A stretch of DNA of 64,000 nt from Botryllus schlosseri (lineage: Eukaryota). Numbering within the stretch: the first letter of the stretch is position 1; each line of letters opens with the position of its first letter. The notes beneath the pieces are model-generated. The model saw only the letters and a program-made list of their open reading frames with translations. It was not told where the DNA came from and made no database searches. The stretch lies in NCBI GenBank assembly GCA_051294905.1, contig CM119371.1:34164001-34228000 (forward strand). Reading direction: 5' to 3'. Shown piece by piece: positions 26,037-37,349 of this stretch. The position numbers and the translations under genes are program-made.

Positions 26037-29000
26037 ATGTACGCTAGCGCCGACGTTGGCGTCACGGAAGACCGAGGTGGGGTCGCCCCCCATCAAACCG
26101 AACTATTCAGTCTATTTTGCGTGCCGGTGGAATATTTGACGCCATTTTTCGACGTAGGAGAGCGCATATGGTCGTTTATATCTGGAAGAAACCTACAGGA
26201 CAATCATTAGCTTTTCGAATTGTGGAGTGCACATATCCATACGGACCTCTTTTATTTCATTTGATATCGATTTCTCGTGCTACTCTTTTTTATATCATTC
26301 AGTGTGCAATGTGTATTATTTTCATGTAGCCGGAATGTGCTAGGGCTCTCCGACTCAAAAGCAGTCGCGACCTATTTTATAGTTGGTAGATGCCGGGCCG
26401 CAGTATCAGAATAGTGCTGTTACGAAGATTGAAAGTGAGCCGACATATTTCGCAAGCATCGTCAATAAAACTATAAGCAGTTGCGCTGAAGATAAATTTC
26501 GCCTAAAAGTATTTAATAATAAAGTAATTTACGTTGATAAGGCAAGATTATAAAATATTGGTGCACTTCGATAAAGTAAGCTAACTCCTGGAAATAGCCG
26601 ACTCCATGTTTGTGTCGCAGTAATAGAAATGTAAATCTTGGAGACACGATTAATGTAGCTCTCTTGTTGCTTAAAAAACCACAAAATACCTACCTGACCG
26701 TCAACATAATACATAGGCCTACTACAGCCTGCCTTGTGACTCTTGAAAATCTGCAACCACTAAATTCACGTATACGGCAATGCTTTTCAAAGCAATGATG
26801 ACATAACTATTAAACAGTTTAACAGATTGTAATAATGTTGCCGGTGGATCAGGTAGTGTAGGATAATAATTATATATCAGCGTTCTGGAAGGATTGAACA
26901 TGGGCTGCTAAACTGTATTGCGGAGTCTTGGGGCGGGAAGCGTGTTGAAGTCCTTAGCTTTGGGCCGAGTTGCGTATGTTTGATTGATCTGCTGGATATT
27001 GTGCGGTGGTGGTTATTTATTCTTTGTTGACATCTTGCGGGGAGCAGTTTGAAGTCGAATAAGGCAAAAGGTGAGATATTGTTTCGAAAATATCTGTGAA
27101 ACTGTGCACTTTTGTAAATAAAGACTGCATTCATTATAATACAATTCTTGGACTCGAAGGCTTTTTGTGTGCCCCTTATCGACAGTTGCCGCCACAATAG
27201 CTAACATAAGTCGGCGGAGGTGTCGATATCCTCGACAATAAGAGATCGCTCGCTATGGCTGTTGTAAAGGTGATGGTGTCGATTTCATCATTACAAGCAT
27301 AAACGAATCCAGACGATCTATTCCAATGGATGCCGGAAGCGCTCAGATGTATCGAGTGTATTGCACTTGATCAGACGATGGATTGACGGATACGTATGCC
27401 CGATGAATCCAGCTATGATTTTGACATGAGTTAGATAACACTGCGCAACAATTTGAACGAAATATTTGTAGACTTTGATTTTGCACTTGATTTAGGCTAA
27501 TTTTTGCGCGCTGATTCCCAATATGCCGCTGGTTTTCTTATATCACTTCAAGGTTTTGCGCTACGGCATATGCCCTAAATATGCAAATTTTCACGAATTT
27601 AGCCATGTTACTTTTCCACACCATGTAGAAATCATCACTTTTATGATATAATAAGTGATATAGCCAATGGCCCATTTGTATTATTAAGACAAAAGGTACT
27701 GGTATCGATCTAACCCGATGCTTTCACCAATTTTAGGTTAGAGGATGCAACCATCCGAGAATATTTTAGACACACATTTGATGCAAACCGCCGGATTTGG
27801 CAAGAAAAAGAAACGTTAAATTTACCATCAGGTATAGGTCCAATGCTCCATTCAGCTTATCCAGTGTTACTTGAAACTACTCTACGCTCAATAATTTGGA
27901 TCAAGATGAAGATCTTACTGATAGCAGGCCTAAAGATGAAGATTTTGAAATCGACAGAGGTGGTCAAAGTAGTCAAGAAAGATACTCAAGTATAAGTATA
28001 AGTAGCGACGAAAAAAACTACTCAAGTACGAATAGAAGTACTTCTTCAATAAACCACCTAAAACTACTTGAAGTAGAAGTAGAATTGACTGACTTTAAAT
28101 CTACTCAAGTAAGTAAGTAGTTTTGAAAGCAATCTTAATTGGTTCGCATGGACTGTCAAAAGCTGCGAATTGAGCTATGATGCAGGTGCAGAGAGCTTGA
28201 TTCGTATTGATGCATATCAGGAAGTATCAATTTTCGACAGAATAAGCATTTTTTCGCATCATGGGATGCAAAATTATAGTATTGATATGATAATGCGACA
28301 CTAACCCTTTGTTGACTAGAAGACCCCGTTTTTAGAGAATATCATGGTATGGCGCCCTACCCCATTTATAAGGCCCCAAGTTCATGCGAAAAACAATACG
28401 TAGAAGTTGTATCGGATACGGTTTCATCACTTTGCCCGATTAGTATACGTTAATAACAAATATTGTGGATCGTAAAAGTTATGTTTTGTGTAGCTTTATT
28501 TTCGGAAAATAGAGGCATTACTACACTTGCATTTATGCTTCAACATGTATGTTCTGCAGACAAAAGAACTGAAAGTAATAAGAACGTAAAGTATGATACT
28601 CGCAATTGAAAGTGAAATATAAATACCACTTCTAAAACGCCGAAAATATGTTTCATGTCTTTTGTCCATAAAGCTTAAAAGGTGATCTGCTAAACCAGGT
28701 GTAACGTGAAAAAATGCTGGATTTTCCAGATTAGCAAGACACGTAACGGGTTCCTAGATTATACGATATGATAGGTAATTGCTAGATTGAGAAACGGTAG
28801 TATCAAGCGTTATGGTGGGATATATTTACTGTGATGAAATATTTGATATGGGCGACAATGCGGTGTGAGAGGAACCAAGTAATCCGGTACCTAAATTATA
28901 TTCATTGATACTTTCGTGAAAACATATTAGTCACTCCATCATTACTATGCGCGAAGCGCATCAAAATTTCTGGGCTTTACTTGACTTTTATGAATATTAA

Positions 29001-30835
29001 ATGTTGGTACTCCGTGAAAACAGCCCCGAAATTCCTCAGGCTATCTTTGGTATTGGGGGATTAAACTTCTTCTACTTGACAAATTGAAAATAGCGAAAAG
29101 TAAGTAAGTAGATCACAAAATATTACGAAGTCGAAGTAGAAGTAGAGAGAATCAGATCTACTTGAGTAAGTACCAGAAGTAGAGGAACACTACTTGAGTA
29201 CTTCCAAAAAGTAGAAGTACTTCGTTAGTGACCGCCCGGGGCCTACGATATTCACGGCCTTATCTCGCACAAAACACTTGAAAGAGCTAACAGGCCGACG
29301 CTGCAAAACAGATTGACTCAGCGATTGACTCAGGAATTGTTTTGATTTCGCTTCTCATAACAGACTTCTCGCATTTTGAAGCGCGCAGTTTTCATTATTC
29401 GGCAAGTTCTCGAGTTGAAGGGATGTTATGAGCTTTTAAGACCATCTTATAGTATTAGCTAGGTTACCGTTATGCGATTGTGCTACTATGGAGCAGTCAC
29501 CTTGGCCAGTTTTTGAACTAGTGGCCGAGTTAGAATTGTTATAGAATGATACTGTGACTAACTAATACTACAGGGACGACTGTTTCCTTATTGTAGTGGA
29601 GATATGTTTAGCTGCCGTTTTGAACGGCTTATAGCATGAGGTAAGATGCCGTTATGCAGTTGGTAAATAACTCTTTATGTTGCGATATTCTGCACGCACA
29701 CCACAATATTTTAAAAATTTCCGATGGTAGTTCATGTGGCCTTTCTCACGGTGACTGACTGTATACTTGGTGACTCAGGTTTGGCTTATGGCTAAATAAT
29801 CGATAATGGTCAACAAATGCTGTGTGTATGGTTGTAAGTCTGGATATTTGACAACTAAGAAAAACGTTTCATCGTTTCAATTTCCATTTGATGATATGAA
29901 GTTACAAATGAAATGGATAGCTTTTGTGAATAGACGTGATTGGACACCAACTAAGAGTTCTGTAATTTGTGCGTTGCACTTTGAATCAAAGTACATCAAA
30001 GACTGTGGCTTACGAAAAAAGCTACTTCTGGATAGATAGAAAGCCAGTCCCTTCCATTCGATCCGAGCTGGAGCTGCTAACGGCCGTCACTGATCCCGAC
30101 TGTGTCTCCTTGCAGAAAACCACCAAACGAAAGGATATTTCAGAAATATGAGTTGAAAGATGTCAAGCTGGCATATAAAATAAGCAGCTTATCAGATTTG
30201 ACTGAGTCACATGCTCCACAAGGCTATACCATGTACAAAAGAGATCATGAATATGTGATTTTCGACCATTTGTAATCCAATGATTTCCCAAAGGTGTCAG
30301 AGAGCATAAGGATTGATGATAAGTTGTATGCCAAATTGCAGTGTGATGGAAATCTTGTTCCTTTGCCACCTTGGTTCACACAAGGCACCAATGCTACCCT
30401 GACTAGATTTGGTGCTTTACTCAACTTTCCGCAATATCTCAAAATCATCTCAAATCTCAATATCATCGCCCGGTGGATTCATTGCATGGAGCGATCTTTA
30501 CAAAATCAGAGATTGTGACGATAAGCTGGATTCGAATTTGTGTAAAGAGCCAGAATCAACGTTTGTCTCGTTGCATCCAAGCAATAACAAACATAATGTC
30601 AATTTTGCTCTTGCTCCATTCCATGAGTCGACTATTGCAGCTTGCAAAAGTTACTTGTCGCACAGGGTAGATATTGCTTCATTTTTGAGTCTTATTAATG
30701 CTTGGTGGACGATTGTAATTTCGTGTGACAGAAATTCAGGAAACCCCATTGGCCAAAGCAGTGGTCCCACAAGATAGCAAAATCAATTTCCTACAAGATT
30801 TCGCTAATTGGCTGATAAAATGGAATGGATGTAAC

Positions 30836-33800
30836 CAGTGTTGCCAACTCCGGATGGAAGAAAATCGCTAAAACTGGTGTCAAAAATCGCTAGATGTCGC
30901 TAAATATTCAGAAAAAAGCGCTAAAAAATAGCGCTAAATTTGCATTAATTGCTAAAGGTGTTAAATTGAACCATAAAATTAATACATTCTTCTCAGCTAT
31001 ATTTTACTCGTCTGGGGCCAAAGTCACTTATCATATTTCTAGTTCATAATACGTAATAGTCATCTCTAAGCGGGAAAAAACGTGCAGTGCATTTCGATAA
31101 AGCAGATCGCTTTGCGCAATGCTCGGTATACGTGACCACTGACCAGGTTTGCAGGCATAACCGCTCACTATATAAGCGTGCCTTGCTCGATGCGTCCGTG
31201 AATACGTGAGGCGATGTACCGTGGAAATGCGCTTGACTTCTCTAAACTGTGTTGGAGTACTTGAACACGACATGCGACTTGACTCGACACAACACGACTT
31301 GAACCGGGTTTGCCAGCCACTATACGTAGAGACCTTAAGAAAATAATCCTAGGACCAACCCGGGGTATAAAATTTAATGAATCTGGTTTAAACGAAAGCT
31401 AGTGTCACACTGATTCCGAAAATGCGAATTAAATTCTTGTCAAGACAATGGAACGACCTCAAAACAGCCCCCAAAGTCTAAAAATCGGCATTGATCAGAA
31501 CAATCGCTGGACGAAATTGGTCATTGTTATGTTCATCGTGTTGCGGCGGTGCCATTGTTGGAGCAAAATGCCGGTTTTCAGACTTTGAGGACTGCTTCGG
31601 GGTGCATGCATGGTTCCATTGTCCTGACGAGATTTTATTTTGTATTTTCGAAATCACTGAGACACTAGCTCTAGATCAGTGGTTCTTAACCTTTTTTCCT
31701 CCAGCGCCCCCTTTCAAAAATTGTCGTGCTCCAGCACCCCCCATCTCATATTGTAAGGACTGTAATAAAGACAATGGGTAAGAGGGCGGGCCGTAACAGC
31801 ACTTCGTCAGCCCCCTAAAAAACGATTGTCTTGCGCACCCGCAGCGTGATAAACCAAACTTCAGAGGGCTTCGCCCCCAAGAACCCCGTCACGTGATTTC
31901 GATGGTCATCAAAGTTTGTGTGGCCTGGTCGCCCTAGGCGCCCAAAATTCTTTATAATGCATGAATGAAGAATAGGTGGTAATTGCATATATCTGTCGCT
32001 ATAAACTTTCTATGCTCTCAGCCACGTAATCAAATTTACCATAGTAGCGCTGAGTGAGCTGTTGCATTGGAAAATGAAGGTCACGTAATTAATAATTGAG
32101 CATATTCGGCCGTGCCCGTTGGTACAATTAATTCGTTACCATGTTGTTATTTTGTCACCTCTTGTCCGCTATATAGTCAAAAGATATTGAAACGCATAAA
32201 CGTATTAAACTAAAGTAAGCCCATGCTTCAAAATTGGTATTTCTTCACTGGCAAATAATTTTCTTTGATGGGTGTTATTTGTCCTGTGGGGTGCAGATTG
32301 CGACGACATGATAATTCGGCACGAGCGATTCAAGATATGGACAATTAGACTTATATTCATCGAAGTTTACTGTCAACATAAGGGCAATCCTCTTCGGCTA
32401 AGATTTTCTGGCTGACGATCTTTTTGACACACTTCTCGGTGTCCCATATTGACCGGAACTTCATATTTCTTCGTGCATCGTGGCCTGGTAATGTCCGACG
32501 CCAAAATGCCTATTTCTATTTTCTATAATTATGCGTATTCTTCCGTGAAGGAGTCGTCAGAACATTTAGTGTAATTTATGTTCATTCACCAAATAATTTA
32601 GGGCACCCTTCGAGCTCACCGATTGGGGGTTTGTGTTGGAGCAGTACCGGTCCTGGTAAGAGGTCAAAGTCCAGTCGGCCTTTCCGGAACTTTCCTATTG
32701 GAAATATTTCGCGCTTTAATCGAGGACCATTCGACTATAATAAACTATGTAATAATTGTGTGTGGTATATTCAGGGTCAAATCAAGGTCTCATACCCTGT
32801 GGTTCGAACCATCCCGAATTCACATCTGCGATTGGCAATACGGGGAAATTAATGGTATTGGATTTTTACTTGTTGCTTTGTGTAACTACAAGTAAGTCAA
32901 CTGAGAATGGGAGTCATATATCTGCTCTCATTGAATTTTGTGCTGTACCCAGTTATTAATTTTAACATGAATGTATTCCAAACAAAGCAACTCATATTAT
33001 ATATTACAACGTTCATATGAGCCTGTGAAACACAACACTAGATAGTATCATCCTTTTATGATACGACAAAGAAATATTCTGACGCTTTAATTTTGTAGCT
33101 CTCAAATACAAGTATATTTAGTTATTCACTTCGTGTACAAAGCTTCAAAACTTATTTTATGTAGAAGGGGGCTCTCACTCTCAAAAGTGATATACAGTGC
33201 CTCCTTCTTCGCTGCGGGATATAATACTTAATTCGAAACATTTTGTTGAAAATAACCCAAGCAAGCGTGACGGCAGTGTTTTAACGGGAAATTGGCGATC
33301 TAAAAGTACGCGTGATTCGTTTTACATGAATTATAATAACCCACTACATTTATGAAAACATATGTAGCAAAAATCGACGCGTAGCGCGACCAAAAATTTC
33401 GAGATTTGACATGTTCTGTGGAATGTTAATTTGCTCTGAATACTCATTAAGGATATGTCATACTACCGCATCATCTAATGCAAAGCCATTTTTTTTCAGC
33501 GCCCCCCATATCGCCCCACTGAGCCCAGTGCCCCCCATATCGCCCCCTGAGCGTTACCGCCCCCTTAAAAATCGCCAGCGACCCTTGGGGGCGCTGGTGG
33601 CAAGGTTAAGAACCACTGCCCTAGATCAAGGCCAATTTCATTGAATTTCAGCGCTCAGGTCGCCAGATGTGGCACAGCCAATGCCAATTATGCTACTTTT
33701 AGATTACTCAGCAAGAAGAGATACTGTTTACCCATGCGTAACCGCCAGGAGTTGCGTATCTATCCATAGATAACCTTAGGTTAGTTATCTATATATCATC

Positions 33801-34015
33801 GTAGTCCGGACTCTGGTGGCCGGTATAGCCAATGCAGTCGTCGGCCAGAACTGATATTTATTAGTTATTTTCGGTAAAAAAGCGCTAAATAATCGCTAAA
33901 TACTTCTTCAAAAATCGCTAGATTTATCGCTAGGCGCTAGATCCATATTTCTTGTCGCTAAACCGGATGAAAAATCGCTAGATCTAGCGCGAAAATCGCT
34001 AAATTGGCAACACTG
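30836..34015. mobile_element. hAT-type MITE with ATCGCTA subterminal repeats
   Basis: TIR cagtgttgccaa / ttggcaacactg, with TSD gatgtaac / gatataac. Confidence 0.88.
31677..33618. mobile_element. hAT (Buster-type) MITE, innermost of the nest
   Basis: TIR cagtggttcttaacct / aggttaagaaccactg, with TSD ctctagat / ccctagat. A partial second copy lies at ~40550-41058. Confidence 0.88.
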
Positions 34016-35912
34016 GATATAACCCCCAGAATTATTGTTTGCCAAAGCAAACCTCCAATGCTCTGATCGAAACCCTGCTCTGGCAAGCGCTGCTTATTAA
34101 GGACTTGTTAGCAGAGGGGTATGAATATGTGATTCTGAGAAAATTCCAAAGTGACCCAATTGAAAGAAGGTTCTTACGGTATAAGCAAATAGTGGGGGGA
34201 GGTTTCTGGTTGGTTTGACAGAAGTTGCCAATTCTGAAAATATAATACTTCTCGTTTCATCCTTAAAATTGACATTAATTACTGGGAGCATGATATTGGT
34301 GTTTCAAGTTCAACACATTTTGATCATTTCAAACAAGTCATTGAAGGTGTGGCTACTGACATTACCGGATCAGTTCTGTCTCCTGATAGCGAGGAGGTGT
34401 CGTATTTTTTTGCAGGGTACATTGGTAAGAAGGTTCTCGTAAAATCGGCTAGCGAAATATGTTCTGAGTTAATTTTTGATGGGTTTGATTGCGTAAGTTT
34501 AGGATATTTCGATTTACTCGATCGTGGGGGACTGCTTGCTCCCTCAGAACAACTCGATAAGCTTGTTGTATCCGGTTTTTCAATACTAGAGGGCTGTGAT
34601 AAAATCATCTGCTCTCATCCTCAGGTTGCAGTGAGGGAAGCTGGCGAGCATGTTTTGCATCGTTTTGGGGGTCCTTGCACTTTGCATGTTGTGATCATCG
34701 AGATCGAGCTTTGAAATTAGCGAGCAAAATTATTGTGAATATATATTACAATAACAAGCATAAGCTGGTAAATTCTTCTGTGGGAAAAGATGCTGTGAAG
34801 GACTTTAAAAACGGCAGTTGAGGAAAACGTAGCTTGCATATTTCAGTGTTGAATTTTATTAACAGTACTTGTGATCGAAGCTTATATGACTAAGCCACAT
34901 GTTCGCTTTTAATTATTCTTCACGTGCTTTAATTGATTCTCCATGCAATAAAATAATTTGCATGAGCAAGTAGACGTGTTCTCAATAGTTAGCTTACTTG
35001 GTGGATAACTGCATCTACGACGCTGTCACTTGTCACTTTGTGTTCTTTTGTGCGAAAGTACGGCTTTCGCCTGTTATACGGCTCTGTTACACTTATCTGA
35101 GGAAAGGCGTCTGGTAGCGAGAAGCAAAATCGTACATAATCGCTGATGTCTGTTTTATGAGCATCAGCCTGTTAGCTCTTGCCGGTGTTCTGTGCCAGAT
35201 AAGGCCGTGAATATCGTAGGCCCCGGTCCACCTGTGGAAATCGCAGATGACTCAGAACTTGGAGTAGTCCATCAACACAAGGTAAATAATTTTACATAGG
35301 CTTCGGGGCTTGGAATTGGAATATTCGGAACTTTTAGCATCCTTGCGAATTGAGAAAAGATTACTTGTCAAGCGAGAGAAGATATCTCACTATCGATCAT
35401 GAAAAACGGCGTTTTCATCATAAGGGCTAGTTTCAGTATAGCTTTGTGTATTGCCGTGATACTGGCATTAACACGATACTGGTACCTTGGGTTGCTGGAG
35501 GAGTTAGGAATCCTGATTTACAACTCAAGTGAATGGAAATGTCTATTGGTATAACTCAAAAAGGATCCTATTGAAGTGCAGCATTATCCAAAATGACAAC
35601 TTCTTTGGTGAACTAACAATTGCACACTCAGTTAGTCTTGGTGAATAATACAGAAACGTTGAATTGTTGCAACATCACAATCCCGATTGGATCATATCTG
35701 TCAGCTTTAAAATATTGTGTATCTTACTGGCCATATACAATAAGGATGAAAATGTAACCCTGATACACATGCGCCAGTCCCATATGTTTATGTCGGACAG
35801 AAGACATTGACATTAAAAAAAGCTGAATATCGAATTAGGTTCCCGGAAAACCTTGGAGCAGTCAGCGATGGGCCCCAAGAAAGTGTCACACACTATCTGA
35901 AGATGTTTGGGG

Positions 35913-36084
35913 CAATGTTCCCTCTAATTTTGACGAGTCTGCGCACACTCACCAACTCATTGCGCAGACCATTGTACAACAGTGCGTAACGACTAAAAAG
36001 TCATCACTTCGGATTTTTGTGCGCAACTTGGACTTTCTGTGCGCAAAGACCGTGTCAGCACTACGCAGCTTAGAGGGAACATTG
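35913..36084. mobile_element. 172-bp MITE
   Basis: TIR caatgttccctctaa / ttagagggaacattg with exact TSD gtttgggg. Confidence 0.9.
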
Positions 36085-37155
36085 GTTTGGGGTAAGATAC
36101 CAGTGAGTATATCTGAGCTGACATATATGTTAGCTGACTATTGCTCCACTATCAAACGAGACAACCCACAGAATTATGAGTTATTAGCGTAAATTTAGAC
36201 CCTGGAACTCGCTCTTTATTTGTCCTGCAGAAGCAATATTATTTTAAATCAACCAAATATAGCAGTACAGAGGTTTATTTGAAATCTATTGACTCACTTT
36301 CGACTGCTAGTGGTTTTTCAAACGTTTTATGCAATAAACGCAAAATATTAAACGTAGTGCTTTTATGTGGATTATGAGACAATGTGGTTGGTGCCTAGCC
36401 CAAAAACTTGACGTGATAGAGAAAAACGCAAGTCTTTTTTTTAATTCAGCGCCCAAAAGTTAGTTAACACCAAATTGTCTGATTAAACTCAACGAAAATT
36501 GTGTTGACCAGTGCAATAAATACAATCGATGGCATGAAATTTGAGGCGGGCGAAATATTTAGAGCAATGCCATGGCGTTCCGAATATTCATTGTGCCGTA
36601 GTGAAAACGAATAACGTCGTAATGCGTGTCTAGTATATTATGAGTCGAAGACGACCAAGTGAAGACCCCGTTTTGCATTGTATTTGCATACATTCATCAA
36701 TAACACACGGGTTTGGGGTCATGTAGGACATGTGGGACAATGCGTTGTGCGTGAATATTCAGAATCATATGCTTTACAAGTATGCAATTTGTAACCTTTC
36801 ACTGCCAGGAGTTTGCATTTATTGATTTACTTCGATGGAATGTATAGCAATGCTAGATTATTCTCTACTTTGAAGAAGCTACATTTCCGAGCAGGAATTT
36901 TACAAGACTTAGCTCTGTTACGTACAACTATTTGGCAGCCACATAAATTTAGCGAAAACAATCCGCATTCACTGTACATTTTACTTCCGGAATTCTGATG
37001 GGAATAATGTAATTACCATAATATTAAACTGCAGCTTGAAACACTGAAATAAAATATTTGGAAGCAGATGGAATAAGCTATGACAATACGTAATTCGCAA
37101 CCGCTACGCCATGTCACGAAAGACTGTGAAAAATAAACGATACCGAACCCATAAT

Positions 37156-37349
37156 CAATGTTCCCTCTAAGCTACGCACGTGCGCAAATGCGAAGTGCTG
37201 ACATGGTCTCTGCGCACAGAAAATTTAAGTTGCGCACAAAAAATCTGAAGTGATGACCCTTTTTTTAGTCGTTATGCACTGTTGTCCAGGGGTCTGCGCA
37301 GTAAGTTGGTGAGTGAGCGCAGACCCGTCAAAAATTAGAGGGAACATTG
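37156..37349. mobile_element. Second copy of the caatgttccctctaa MITE (opposite orientation)
   Basis: Same TIR, TSD cccataat / tctataat. The empty site (cctataat) is visible in the left arm near 22400. Confidence 0.9.

Larger units (their letters stand above)
29806..34832 (+). pseudogene. THAP-domain P-type (THAP9-like) transposase, fragmented and interrupted
   Basis: MVNKCCVYGC...FQFP...W...V.R..W.PT..SVICALHF is a THAP C2CH finger. FQSDPIERRF and GGRFLVGL lie near 34140-34220, and YFFAGYI and RGGLLAPS in ORF 34349-34714. Confidence 0.85.
29237..35225 (+). mobile_element. P-element superfamily transposon (THAP transposase), decayed
   Basis: TIR cggggcctacgatattcacggccttatct / agataaggccgtgaatatcgtaggccccg, with degenerate 7-bp TSD gaccgcc / gtccacc. 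Confidence 0.88.
27955..35236. mobile_element. hAT-type MITE with GAAGTA-rich subterminal repeats, inserted in the Chapaev-like ORF
   Basis: TIR cagaggtggtca / tgacc[P element]acctgtg, with TSD gaaatcga / gaaatcgc. Confidence 0.75.
27439..36513 (+). mobile_element. Decayed Chapaev3-like DNA transposon
   Basis: CACTG.. / ..CAGTG termini with matching subterminal ctaa.ttttg.gcgctga. 3-bp flanks are taa and caa. Transposase remnants include LGLELEYSELLAS, WIISVSFK, FPENLGAVSD and MLADYCSTIKRDNP (35300-36180). Confidence 0.7.

Noticed and set aside
23982..26065. 121-aa antisense ORFs (23982-24347, 25700-26065) and other overlapping frames
   Set aside because: Shadow frames of the E2 genes, conserved only because the DNA is duplicated.
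29806..30039. Stand-alone THAP transcription factor
   Set aside because: It lies inside P-element TIRs and continues into a broken transposase.
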